24,592 nucleotides of DNA from Armatimonadota bacterium (GCA_037440005.1 JBBIUY010000040.1:1-24592), one strand, 5' to 3'; positions 10,670 to 19,788 are shown, counted from the stretch's first letter. Made by a program: numbers and translations. Notes: generated from the sequence alone by a model not told the origin.

Positions 10670-11421
10670 ACCAGACCGAGGTGACCCTGCGCATCTGGCG
10701 CGGCACCGCTGCCGGCGGGGAGTTCCGCGACTACCGGGTGCGTCCGACCGAAGGCATGGTGGTCCTGGACGCCGTCCGCGCCGTGCAGGCCGAGCAGGCC
10801 CCCGATCTGGCGGTGCGGTGGAACTGCAAGGCCGGCAAGTGCGGCTCCTGCTCGGCCGAGGTCAACGGGCGCCCGCGCCTGATGTGCATGACCCGCCTGG
10901 CCGAGGTGGTCCGGGACGGAGAGCCGGTCACCGTGGCGCCCCTGCGGGCGTTCCCCGTCGTCAAGGACCTGGTCACCGACGTCTCCTGGAACTACGACGT
11001 GGCCCGGACGATTCCGCCCTTCCAGCCGGCCCCGCCCGGCCCCGACGGGCGGCGGCGCATGTACCAGCACGAGGTGGAGCGGGTCCAGGAGTTCCGCACG
11101 TGCATCGAGTGCTTCCTCTGCCAGGACGTCTGCCACGTGATCCGCGACCACCCGGAGAACAAGACGCTGTTTGCCGGCCCGCGCTTTCTGGTCCTCCTGG
11201 CCGCCTACGAGATGCACCCGCTGGACACCGTCGACCGGACGGCGTTCGTGCGGGAACGGGCGGGGGTGGGTTTCTGCAACATCACCCGCTGCTGCACAGA
11301 GGTGTGCCCCGAGAACATCCGGATCACCGACAACGCCATCATCCCCCTCAAGGAGCGCGTCGTCGACCGCCACTACGACCCGGTCCTGTGGCTGTGGCGG
11401 AAGCTGACGGGCCGGCCCTAG
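10666..11421 (+). CDS. sdhB: Succinate dehydrogenase/fumarate reductase iron-sulfur subunit
   Basis: CKAGKCGSC...C, CIECFLCQDVC, CNITRCCTEVCP; ATGA overlap with sdhA. Confidence 0.95.
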   Translation: MNQTEVTLRIWRGTAAGGEFRDYRVRPTEGMVVLDAVRAVQAEQAPDLAVRWNCKAGKCGSCSAEVNGRPRLMCMTRLAEVVRDGEPVTVAPLRAFPVVKDLVTDVSWNYDVARTIPPFQPAPPGPDGRRRMYQHEVERVQEFRTCIECFLCQDVCHVIRDHPENKTLFAGPRFLVLLAAYEMHPLDTVDRTAFVRERAGVGFCNITRCCTEVCPENIRITDNAIIPLKERVVDRHYDPVLWLWRKLTGRP

Positions 11422-11456
11422 GCCCGGCGACATTTTCCTCCGCGGGGAGGGACGAC

Positions 11457-12038
11457 TTACCCCGAGGGACGCTTCTGCCAGACCACGTCCGGCCGACCGG
11501 CGGCCCGGTTGGCGGCCCGCGCCAGGACGAACAGCAGGTCCGACAGGCGGTTGAGGTACGCCAGCACCTCCGCCCGCACCGGCTCCGCCCGGGACAGGGC
11601 GACCACCCGCCGTTCGGCCCGCCGGCACACGGTCCGCGCCACGTGGAGGGACGCCGCCAGGGGAGTCCCGCCCGGCAGGACGAAGGCCCGCAGGGGCGGC
11701 AGGCGCTGTTGGTAGCGGTCGATGGCGCGTTCTAAGGCCGCCACATCCTCCGCCCGCACCCCGGCGGGCGCGGACCTGGCCGGCGGGGTGGCCAGCTCCG
11801 CGCCCAGGTCGAACAGGCGGTGCTGGACCTCCCCCAGCAGCGTCGCCACCTGCCCGCCCCGGGCCAGGGCGCGGGCCGCCCCCAGGTGGGCGTTGAGCTC
11901 GTCCACCGCGCCGTAGGCTTCCACCCGGGGGTGGTCTTTGGGAACCCGCCGCCCGCCGATGAGACCGGTCTCTCCGGCGTCCCCGGTGCGGGTGTAGATC
12001 CGGGGGGCCGGCGCCGTGCGGCGGGACGCCCGCGTCAC
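11457..12038 (-). CDS. ATP:cob(I)alamin adenosyltransferase (PduO type)
   Basis: Start GTG 12038 (GTGA overlap with the peptidase stop, GGAGG RBS). IYTRTGDAGETGL, RVEAYGAVDELN, LFDLGAEL, FVLPGG, ARTVCRRAER, YLNRLSDLLF. Confidence 0.93.
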   Translation of the reverse strand: MTRASRRTAPAPRIYTRTGDAGETGLIGGRRVPKDHPRVEAYGAVDELNAHLGAARALARGGQVATLLGEVQHRLFDLGAELATPPARSAPAGVRAEDVAALERAIDRYQQRLPPLRAFVLPGGTPLAASLHVARTVCRRAERRVVALSRAEPVRAEVLAYLNRLSDLLFVLARAANRAAGRPDVVWQKRPSG

Positions 12039-14056
12039 GGTCCGCCTCCGGCGGCGACCGCCTGGGCCCGGGGCGCAGGCTGGCGCAGGTGCTCGGCGAA
12101 CCACCGCACGATCCAGCGCAGCCGCTCCACCCGGTGGCTGGGACGGCCGGTGCGGGAGAGGTCGTGGCTGGCGTCGGCGAACCGCACGAACACCACCTTT
12201 CGCCGCAGCTTCATCAACGCCGCAAACAGCTGCTCGGCCTCGCCGATCGGGCAGCGCAGGTCCTGCTCGCCGTGCAGGATCAGCAGCGGCGTCGTGATCC
12301 GGGTCACGTAGGCCAGAGGCGAGCGCTCCCAGTACCAGGCGGGCGCCTCCCACGGGTCTCCGGGGAACTCCCAGAAACCCTTCATGTAGGCCAGGTCGCT
12401 GGTGCCCCACTGGCTGAGGTGGTTGCTGATGGACCGCATGGTCACCGCCGCCTTGAAGCGGTCAGTATGGCCGACGATCCAGGTGGTCATGTACCCGCCG
12501 TAACTGCCGCCGGCCACCCCCAGCCGGTCGGGGTCCAGATCCGGGAAGCGGGCCAGGGCGGCGTCCAGGGCGAGCATGAGGTCCTGGTAGTCTTTGCCGC
12601 CCCAGTCGTGGTGGGTGGCGGCGGTGAAGGCCTGGCCGTAGCCCTGGCTGCCCCGGGGGTTGGTGTAGATTACGGCGAACCCTTCGCCGGCCAGGACCTG
12701 GAACTCGTGGAAGAAGGCCTCCCCGTAGGCGCCGTGGGGGCCTCCGTGGACCTGCAGGATGGCGGGGTGGCGCCCGCCGTCGGGGGCGTGGGGCGGCAGC
12801 AGCACCCACCCTTCCACCGGCCATCCGTCGGCTCCCTCGCAGACAAACCGCTCGGGCACGCTCACCGAGACCTGGGAGAGCAACTCGTGGTTGACCGCGG
12901 TCAGGCGGTGCAGCCGGCCGTCGGTCAGGTCCACCCGCCACAGGTCCCCCGGGGTGACCGGGTCGCTGCGGGCCACCACGGCCACGGGCCGGCGCGGGTC
13001 CACCGACAGGCCGAAGATCTCGTGGCGGCCGGCGGTGACCGCCCGCACGGACCCGGTGGCGGCGTCCACCTCCCCGATCTGGGTGGTGCCGCCGTCGCCG
13101 ATGAGGACCACCAGCCGGCGCCCGTCGGCGGTCCAGACCGGGCCCCCGATCCGGGGGTGGGCCCGCATGTCGGTGATGATGTGGTGGCCCAGGCTGCGGT
13201 CGTACCCCCGGGTCAGGTTGACGGGTTCGCCGCCGGCGGCGGGCACCACCCACAGGGCGGTGTTGGTGGCGCCCATGGCTGCGTTGTCGTGGCCGTAGTA
13301 GGCGATCAAGGTCCCGTCGGGCGACCACGCCGGGAACTGGCAGGGGCCCACCGACCGGGTGAGGCGGCGCGGGGAGCCGCCCCGGGCGGGCGCCACCCAC
13401 ACATCGGTGACGTTGGTGAAGTCGGCCTCGGGGGTGCGGTTGGCCACGAACGCCAGGTGGGTTCCGTCGGGAGACCAGGCGGGGTCGGCGTGGTCGTAGT
13501 CGCCGTCGGTGATCTGCTGGGGGCTGCCCCCCTCCAGCGGCACGGTGAAGATGTGCCGGTAGCGGCCGTCCCAGTACCCTTCGCCGTCGGCCTTGTACCG
13601 GATGCGGGTGACGACCCGGACGCCGCTAGTGGACTCCGGCTGCAAAGGCTTACCCACGAACGCCAGGGTGCGGCCGTCGGGAGACCACGCGAGGTCCGAG
13701 GGGGCGTACTCGGGCGGGACCAGCAGCCGGGCCTCTCCCCCGTCGGCGGGGATGACGTAGAGGCCCCGCGGCCGCCGGGCGCCCGCTCCGGCCGGGGCCC
13801 CGCGGTCCGACAGGAACGCAATCCACCGGCCGTCGGGGGACCAGCGGGGCAGCGCGTCCCGGTGGTCGCCGGTGGTGAACTGGCGCATCTCCCCGCCGTC
13901 GGCCGGGACCATCCACAGGTGCGCCCGGTAGGCGTCGGCCTCCCGGTCGACCGTGGTCAGCACCCACACCACCCGGCGGCCGTCCGGGCTCAGCTGGGGG
14001 TCGCTGACCCACCGCAGGGCCAGCAGGTCTTCGATGGAGATCGTCCGTCCTGCCAT
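12035..14056 (-). CDS. S9 family peptidase (acylaminoacyl/dipeptidyl peptidase)
   Basis: Start ATG 14056 after GGAGGAGG. N-terminal propeller with repeated WSPDG; HGGP, NPRGSQGYG, nucleophile GGSYGG, HGEQDLRC, and the catalytic His in ASHDL. Confidence 0.93.
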   Translation of the reverse strand: MAGRTISIEDLLALRWVSDPQLSPDGRRVVWVLTTVDREADAYRAHLWMVPADGGEMRQFTTGDHRDALPRWSPDGRWIAFLSDRGAPAGAGARRPRGLYVIPADGGEARLLVPPEYAPSDLAWSPDGRTLAFVGKPLQPESTSGVRVVTRIRYKADGEGYWDGRYRHIFTVPLEGGSPQQITDGDYDHADPAWSPDGTHLAFVANRTPEADFTNVTDVWVAPARGGSPRRLTRSVGPCQFPAWSPDGTLIAYYGHDNAAMGATNTALWVVPAAGGEPVNLTRGYDRSLGHHIITDMRAHPRIGGPVWTADGRRLVVLIGDGGTTQIGEVDAATGSVRAVTAGRHEIFGLSVDPRRPVAVVARSDPVTPGDLWRVDLTDGRLHRLTAVNHELLSQVSVSVPERFVCEGADGWPVEGWVLLPPHAPDGGRHPAILQVHGGPHGAYGEAFFHEFQVLAGEGFAVIYTNPRGSQGYGQAFTAATHHDWGGKDYQDLMLALDAALARFPDLDPDRLGVAGGSYGGYMTTWIVGHTDRFKAAVTMRSISNHLSQWGTSDLAYMKGFWEFPGDPWEAPAWYWERSPLAYVTRITTPLLILHGEQDLRCPIGEAEQLFAALMKLRRKVVFVRFADASHDLSRTGRPSHRVERLRWIVRWFAEHLRQPAPRAQAVAAGGGP

Positions 14057-14088
14057 CGTCCTCCTCCCGCCCCGACGGGCTGCGCCCT

Positions 14089-14826
14089 CTACCGCCCGTA
14101 GGCCAGCCGGTCCGCCAGGATCGGCGGCAGGCCGGCGGCCCGCATCTTCTGCTGGGTCCGGGCCAGGGGGTACGTCAGGCGCACCAGGGTCGCCTCCCGG
14201 GCGTCGGTGTCCAGCCACAGGTAGGCGGCCCGGGGGTCGCCGTCCCGCGGCTGGCCGACGCTGCCCGCGTTGATGATGTACCGCCGGTCCGGACGCAGCC
14301 GGATCGGCCGGCCCGCCAGCAGCGGCTCGGCCACCACCGCCTCCCCCGCCTGGGTGAACACCGCCGGGATGTGGGTGTGGCCCACCAGGCACAGGTCAAA
14401 CGCGGCCGACGCGAAGCTGGCCCGGGCCGTCTCCACGTCCAGGATGTACTCCTCGATGGGGTCCCGCACGCTGCCGTGCACGCACAGGAAGCCGTCGGGG
14501 GTGAGCCGGTGGGGCAGCCCCTGCAGGTAGGCCCGCACGGTCTCGGTGAGCTGGCGGCGCGTCCACATCACCGCCTCGTACGCGTACGGGTTGAAGCGGG
14601 CGGCCAGGGTGTCCTGGGGGTCCACCGCCGCGGCGTCGTGGTTGCCCAGCACCGCCCCCCGCAGCAGCGGCCGCAGCCGGTCCACGCAGGCCACCGGATC
14701 GGGCCCGTAGCCCACGAAGTCTCCCAGGCACAGGACCGCGTCGGGGCGGCGCGCGGCCAGGTCGGCCAGGACCGCCTCCAGCGCCTCCAGGTTGGCGTGG
14801 ACGTCGGACAGAACGGCGTACCGCAT
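14089..14826 (-). CDS. Calcineurin-like metallophosphoesterase
   Basis: SDVHAN, LGDFVGYG, GNHD, HGS, GHTH, NAGSVGQPRDG. Confidence 0.92.
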   Translation of the reverse strand: MRYAVLSDVHANLEALEAVLADLAARRPDAVLCLGDFVGYGPDPVACVDRLRPLLRGAVLGNHDAAAVDPQDTLAARFNPYAYEAVMWTRRQLTETVRAYLQGLPHRLTPDGFLCVHGSVRDPIEEYILDVETARASFASAAFDLCLVGHTHIPAVFTQAGEAVVAEPLLAGRPIRLRPDRRYIINAGSVGQPRDGDPRAAYLWLDTDAREATLVRLTYPLARTQQKMRAAGLPPILADRLAYGR

Positions 14827-14850
14827 CTTCCGGTCGGGACCGTTTCCTGC

Positions 14851-14908
14851 AGTTCGGGACGGGCGCGGGCGGCTCCTGTGCCAGGAGGCCCGCCGCGGAC
14901 ACCGAACT
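14851..14908. promoter_or_regulatory. Back-to-back alternative-sigma-like promoter motifs (AGGA-N17/18-GAA)
   Basis: Plus strand CAGGAG (14882-87)...CGAAC (14903-07); minus strand CAGGAG (14878-73)...CGAAC (14856-52). Each points to one of the two divergent genes. Confidence 0.45.
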
Positions 14909-14920
14909 CACAGGACGTTG

Positions 14921-16144
14921 ATGGACCTGCTCCGGCGCTGGCTGCGGATTCCGCTGCCGCCGCGGACCCGCGCCATCGTCCGCATCGACATGGCGGCGGC
15001 CCTGCTGTACGGCGCCTTCGCCGGCCTGACCCAGCCCTTCATCCCGGTGATGGGGGTGCGGCTGGGCGCCAGCCCGCTGCAGGTGTCCCTGCTGGTGGCC
15101 GCGCCCGCCGTGGTGTTCCTGCTGTCCTTCTGGGTGGTGAACGCGGTCCGGCCCGTGCACCCGGTCCGGCTGGTGATGTGGCCGGCGCTGGCGGGGCGGG
15201 CGCTGTTCGTCCTGATGCCCCTGGTGCGGACCCCGCTGGCCTACGTGCTGCTGGTGGTGCTGTACCACGCGGTGAACTCGGTCAACCCGCTGGGCTACGC
15301 CCAGGTGATGCGGGCCGTCTACCCCGACGACGCCCGGGGGCGCATCATGGCCCTGGTCAAGGTGGCCATGGCGACGGCGTGGGTGGCGGGGTCGGTGGTG
15401 GGCGGGTCCCTGATGCAGCGGCTGCCCTTCCAGTGGGTCTTCGCCGCCGCCGGGACGCTGGGCATGGCCAGCGCCCTGGTCTTCGGCCGCATCCGCCCGC
15501 CCCGGCCGGTGGAAGAACCCGAGCGCGTCCCCCCGGCCTCGGCCTGGCGCGTGCTGCGGGACGACCCCGGCTACCGGCGCTTCCTGCTCGCCTTCTTCGT
15601 GTTCGGGTCCGGCGGGTGGCTGACGGGGCCGGCGGTCCCCCTGCTGCTGGTGCGCGAGCTGCGGGCCACGAACCTGCAGGTGGGGCTGCTGGGGGCGGTG
15701 ACATCCGCCACCTGGGTGCTGTCCTTCTACGCCTGGGGGCGGATGATCGACCGGCGGACGGCCACCGGCGCCCTGAAGGTGGTCTTCACCGTCGGAACCC
15801 TGACGCCAGTGATCTACCTGGTCTCGTTCAATCCGTGGGTGGTCCTGCTGGCGGGCGTCACCGACGGCCTGGCGTCGTCCGGCATCGATCTGGGATGGCT
15901 GGCGGCGGTCCTGCACTACGCTCCGCCGGGCCGGGTGCTGACCTACACGACCCTGTTCAACACCCTGGTGGGCGTGCGGGCCGCCGTGGCGCCGGCCCTG
16001 GCCGGCGTGCTGATCCCCCGCCTGGGGGTGCGCGCCATCTTCGCCATCGGCGCGGTGTTCTACCTCCTGGGGATGGCGCTCATGCGCCGGGTCCCCCCGC
16101 CCGGCCGCCCGGCGGACCGACCCGGGCCTGCCAGTACGGCATGA
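14921..16144 (+). CDS. MFS transporter
   Basis: Start ATG 14921; about 12 hydrophobic segments; 'YPDDARGRIMA', 'LRDDPGYRRFL', 'WGRMIDRR'. Confidence 0.85.
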   Translation: MDLLRRWLRIPLPPRTRAIVRIDMAAALLYGAFAGLTQPFIPVMGVRLGASPLQVSLLVAAPAVVFLLSFWVVNAVRPVHPVRLVMWPALAGRALFVLMPLVRTPLAYVLLVVLYHAVNSVNPLGYAQVMRAVYPDDARGRIMALVKVAMATAWVAGSVVGGSLMQRLPFQWVFAAAGTLGMASALVFGRIRPPRPVEEPERVPPASAWRVLRDDPGYRRFLLAFFVFGSGGWLTGPAVPLLLVRELRATNLQVGLLGAVTSATWVLSFYAWGRMIDRRTATGALKVVFTVGTLTPVIYLVSFNPWVVLLAGVTDGLASSGIDLGWLAAVLHYAPPGRVLTYTTLFNTLVGVRAAVAPALAGVLIPRLGVRAIFAIGAVFYLLGMALMRRVPPPGRPADRPGPASTA

Positions 16145-16436
16145 GCAGGTCCGCCAGTTCCCGGGGAGGGCGGCGCCACAGAATGGTCTCCACCACCGTC
16201 TCCCCCAGCCGCCGGCGCTCCCGCCGCACCGGCTGGTAGAAGAGTGCCCAGAACGCCTCCTCCCCGTCCTCCAGCAGCACCACCCGCCTCCCCCCCACCA
16301 GGGCCTCCAGCCGGCAGCGCCCGCCGGCGCTGACCACCCAGGCGTCCCGGCAGCCGAAGCGGCGGCGGAGCACCTCCCGCAGGTGCGCGACCAGGCGGCG
16401 ACGCTGGGGCCAGACGCGCCCGCCCCGGGGAGTCAT
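16080..16436 (-). CDS. Hypothetical protein (118 aa, Arg-rich)
   Basis: ATGA-coupled to the upstream 84-aa ORF; GC3-biased codons; 3' end overlaps the MFS 3' end by 65 nt. Confidence 0.6.
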   Translation of the reverse strand: MTPRGGRVWPQRRRLVAHLREVLRRRFGCRDAWVVSAGGRCRLEALVGGRRVVLLEDGEEAFWALFYQPVRRERRRLGETVVETILWRRPPRELADLLMPYWQARVGPPGGRAGGPGA

Positions 16437-16687
16437 GGGGCCGCCAGCCGGCGGCCCAGGTCATCCAGGAACGCCGCCAGGTACGCGGCACCCACCTGGT
16501 CGGGATCGGCCAGCTCCCGCAGGGCCGCGCGGTCGACGTCCAGGGTGGCGGCGATGTCCGCCACCATGGGCCGCAGGGTCCGGATGTAGGCCTGCACGTG
16601 CTTCTGGCCGGACCGGGTGTGGGGCACGGGGACCACGAACCCGCGCCGGCGGTCTCCGGCCGGCATCCGCCGCTCTGCCCGCATCAT
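16433..16687 (-). CDS. Hypothetical protein (84 aa)
   Basis: Strong GGAGGTGA RBS before ATG; GC3-biased codons; co-oriented with its neighbours. Confidence 0.65.
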   Translation of the reverse strand: MMRAERRMPAGDRRRGFVVPVPHTRSGQKHVQAYIRTLRPMVADIAATLDVDRAALRELADPDQVGAAYLAAFLDDLGRRLAAP

Positions 16688-16722
16688 GGGCGCTCACCTC
16701 CGGATCGGCGACGGCCGCGCCC

Positions 16723-17193
16723 TCAGGGCTTGACCGAGAAGTCGGCCACCCGGGGCGACGCCAGTCGCGCGAAGTCCGCGTAGGCGATCTTCATGGTCTC
16801 CCGGTGGGTGCCGGCGTTGAACACGATGTAGGGATCTTCGGTGAGCTGGCGGTCCACCACCACCGGCACGTTGTAGAGGTTGCCGAAGGGCGGCATCGCG
16901 CCCACCTCGCAGTCGGGAAAGACGTGGGCAAACTCCTGCTCCCGGGCCAGCCGCGCCTCCCGGGCTCCCAGGGCGCTCTTCAGGCGGGCGAAGTCCACCC
17001 GGTTGGGCGCCGGCAGGACCAGGGCCGTCAGGGTGCCGTCCACCAGGGCCATGACCACCTTGGCCACCAGCCGGCCGGGCACGTGCTGCACCGCCGCCAC
17101 CTCCTGGGCGGTGTAGACCTCCGGGTGGGTGGTCAGTTCGTAGCGGACGCCGTTCTCCCGGAAGTACTGCTCCAGGCGCTCGCGGCACGTCAT
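16723..17193 (-). CDS. YbaK/EbsC (ProX-like) aminoacyl-tRNA deacylase family protein
   Basis: Start ATG 17193 after GGAGGTGA; 'HPEVYTAQEVA', 'VAKVV', 'FPDCEVGAMPPFGNLY', 'FNAGTHRE'. Confidence 0.9.
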   Translation of the reverse strand: MTCRERLEQYFRENGVRYELTTHPEVYTAQEVAAVQHVPGRLVAKVVMALVDGTLTALVLPAPNRVDFARLKSALGAREARLAREQEFAHVFPDCEVGAMPPFGNLYNVPVVVDRQLTEDPYIVFNAGTHRETMKIAYADFARLASPRVADFSVKP

Positions 17194-17219
17194 CCGCGTC
17201 ACCTCCCGCCAGCATGGTC

Positions 17220-17630
17220 CTACCGCCCCCAGGCGCCGGTGGTGTAGGCGCGCAGCAGCAGGGCGGCCTGGGTCAGACACACGAGCGCGAGCACGCGGGG
17301 TCCGGCGGCCCCGGGGTTGTGCAGCGCCGGCCGCAGGAACCCTCCCGGCCGCAGCCCCGCCTGGGCGACCGCCCCCGCGACCACCAGCCCGCCGTACAGG
17401 AAGTGCAGCCACGTCCGCGGCCGCACCCCGCCCAGGGCCAGCACCGCGCCCGCCGCGGCGTGGACGACAGTCAAAGCCAGGACCACCAGCAGGACCGCCC
17501 AGAAGGCCGGCCCCAGCGTCCGCCGTCCGCGCAGGTGCGCCGCGAAGGCCCACAGGGCCAGCACGGCGTTGCCGGCGACCACGGCGACGAGGAGCAGACG
17601 GGAGGCGTGGACGGTCAGCAGCGCGGCCAT
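17220..17630 (-). CDS. Hypothetical 4-TM membrane protein
   Basis: Four hydrophobic helices and 'WLHFLYG'; start ATG 17630 (alternative GTG 17651). Confidence 0.7.
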   Translation of the reverse strand: MAALLTVHASRLLLVAVVAGNAVLALWAFAAHLRGRRTLGPAFWAVLLVVLALTVVHAAAGAVLALGGVRPRTWLHFLYGGLVVAGAVAQAGLRPGGFLRPALHNPGAAGPRVLALVCLTQAALLLRAYTTGAWGR

Positions 17631-17760
17631 CGCAGGCGGTCCACCGGACACCTGGACACTTCCACGCCGCCTCGGGGAGTTCCCTGCCGGGGGAATGAGG
17701 CGACAGGACCGGGGGGCGTCCGGCGCGGGATGCGCGCCTCGTCCTGCGCCCGGGGCCGCG

Positions 17761-19275
17761 TCAGAGGGCCGTGAGCAGCCCTCCCTCGCGCAGGCGCTCG
17801 AGGATGGCCTGCATCTTGGCGAAGTCCCGGAACCCGGCGCTGAACTGGTCGCTGGTCTTGTAGCCGATCTCCACGAACTTGTTCAGGGTGACGAAGAAGG
17901 CGTACTGCACCGTGCTGGCCACCGTCTCCGGAGCGTCCCGGTTCTTGTCCAGGTGCAGATCCAGGATGTCGATCCGGGGGACCATCTCGCTGTCGGTGCG
18001 GCCGGCTTTGGCCTCGGTGCGCAGCAGGTCTTCCAGGTTCTTGGTGGCCACCCAGTCCTTGCACAGGACCATGGCCACGTCCAGGTCGTATTCCAGGTCT
18101 CCGGACCCCACGCAGTGGTGCATGGTGGGACGGGCGAACTCGGAGACCTCTTCCTGGGGCTTCTCGTCCAGCCGGCAGCCCTCTTTGTCCAGCGGGGAGA
18201 TGGCGAACACCGGCACGTTGAGCTCCAGGCTGAGGTCCGCCAGCTTGGCGGAGATGAGGTCGGTGCGGGCCTTCTCGTCGTGGACGTTCTCCTCCAGGGG
18301 CACCCGCTGCAGGTAGTCGATGAAGATCACGCACTCGTCGGTCTGGTAGGTGTGCATCAGGTTGTGGGCGCGGGCCTTGATCCGCTCCACCGTGTCCTGG
18401 CGGCCGGCCTCGAACAGGTACAGGGTGCCCAGCTGCCCTTCCAGGCGGGACCAGGCGTCCTTCACCCGCCCCTGGATGAACGGCGCCCGGGACTCGGCGG
18501 ACAGCAGGGCGGCCGGGTTGACCAGGGATTCCTTGGCCAGCAGCCGGGCGAACAGCACCCGGCTGGTCTGCTCCCACGAGTAGTAGAGGACCGGAATCCG
18601 GTAGCGGCCGGCGATGGCGGCGGCCAGCTCGAGGGCGAAGTTGGTCTTGCCCCGCCGGGGGGCTCCCGCCAGACCGTAGTAGAAACCCCGCCGCAGCCCC
18701 GACAGCGCCTCGCTGAGGCGGTCAAAGGGCGACAGGTCGTAGCCCAGGGTGGCCCCCGACCGCCCCTCCAGGATCTCCTGGACGATCCGGGCCCCCACCT
18801 CGCCGGCGGTGGGGGTGTTGCGGGCCATGCGCTGGTGCTGGATCTCCAGCAGGGCGGGGATGATCTGGCCCACGAAGTCCACCACGTCCCGTTCCGCCCG
18901 CTCCTCCTCCAGGTAGGTGGCGATGGCGGTGTTGACCTCCACCAGGCGCAGGCGGGCGGCCCGGGCCTTGAGGATGTCCACGTAGGCCATGACCTGGGCA
19001 GCGTCGGGCTCGGGCGTCCCCTCCACCGCGTCCAGGAACTTGCGCATCTCGGGGGAGAGGACCCCGCGCTCCCCCAGCAGGCCCCGCACCGTCAGCGGCT
19101 CCAGGGGCATCTCCTTCTGGGCGTAGATGTCCACCAGCACCTTGGCCACGGTGCGGCCCAGGGCGTGGGGCATGAGGTCCGGACGGAAGCCCGCCTCCAG
19201 GGCGCGGCCCAGCAGGTATCGATCCCGGAGGAACCCGCTCAGCAGGCGCTTTTCAATGACGGCGACTTCTTCCAC
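17761..19275 (-). CDS. Divergent DnaB-like (SF4) helicase/ATPase paralog
   Basis: Probable start GTG 19275 (ORF is open to 19374). DnaB-N-like helical domain (EKRLLSGFL...YVDILKARAARLRL), Walker A GAPRRGKT, YYSWEQ, Walker B IFIDYLQ, LELNVPVFAISPL, GSGDLEYDLD, DKNRD. Confidence 0.8.
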   Translation of the reverse strand: MEEVAVIEKRLLSGFLRDRYLLGRALEAGFRPDLMPHALGRTVAKVLVDIYAQKEMPLEPLTVRGLLGERGVLSPEMRKFLDAVEGTPEPDAAQVMAYVDILKARAARLRLVEVNTAIATYLEEERAERDVVDFVGQIIPALLEIQHQRMARNTPTAGEVGARIVQEILEGRSGATLGYDLSPFDRLSEALSGLRRGFYYGLAGAPRRGKTNFALELAAAIAGRYRIPVLYYSWEQTSRVLFARLLAKESLVNPAALLSAESRAPFIQGRVKDAWSRLEGQLGTLYLFEAGRQDTVERIKARAHNLMHTYQTDECVIFIDYLQRVPLEENVHDEKARTDLISAKLADLSLELNVPVFAISPLDKEGCRLDEKPQEEVSEFARPTMHHCVGSGDLEYDLDVAMVLCKDWVATKNLEDLLRTEAKAGRTDSEMVPRIDILDLHLDKNRDAPETVASTVQYAFFVTLNKFVEIGYKTSDQFSAGFRDFAKMQAILERLREGGLLTAL

Positions 19276-19419
19276 CGGCCCACCCCCGCTGCCGTCGGAC
19301 GGTCCCGGGCGCGCGCCCCGGGCGCCGATCGCAGGACGCGGCGCAGGCGGCGCGGACGCTGACGGTTCCTGCACCCGTCCTATGCCCCCGGCGGACGCGC
19401 GGGTAGACCGGCCCGACGT

Positions 19420-19788
19420 CTATCTCTTCCAGCGGCGGTAGCGGACCTCGGTCCCCCCGCGCAGCCTCTCCACGCCGGCCACCGTGCCGATGACCGCATC
19501 GCAGACCCACCCGCCGTCGGGCAGGCGCTGCTCTCCGGAGGGGAAGGACAGCCGCAGGCCGCGCAGCCGCAGCCGGGGCCGCCCCTCGGCCAGCAGGGTC
19601 ACCGCCGGTGCGGGGCGCGCCATCAGCCGGGCCAGCACCGACCGCCCGAAGGTGACGCGGGAGAGCCCGACGGTGCGCGGCCCCACGGCCGCCTTGTCGG
19701 CGTAGGCCAGCACCGCCCCCCGCGACCCCACCAGGGTCACGTGGCGGAAGGCCAACAGGCGGCGCGCGTGTTGAGCGGGAGCGGGCAC
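19420..19788 (-). CDS. Hypothetical protein (122 aa)
   Basis: Strong GC3 bias after the first few codons; start uncertain (GTG 19788 lies within the tRNA promoter spacer). Confidence 0.55.
   Translation of the reverse strand: MPAPAQHARRLLAFRHVTLVGSRGAVLAYADKAAVGPRTVGLSRVTFGRSVLARLMARPAPAVTLLAEGRPRLRLRGLRLSFPSGEQRLPDGGWVCDAVIGTVAGVERLRGGTEVRYRRWKR

Noticed and set aside
11435..11452. Short hairpin between convergent sdhB and the adenosyltransferase gene as an intrinsic terminator
   Set aside because: The stem is short and has no downstream U-tract on either strand.
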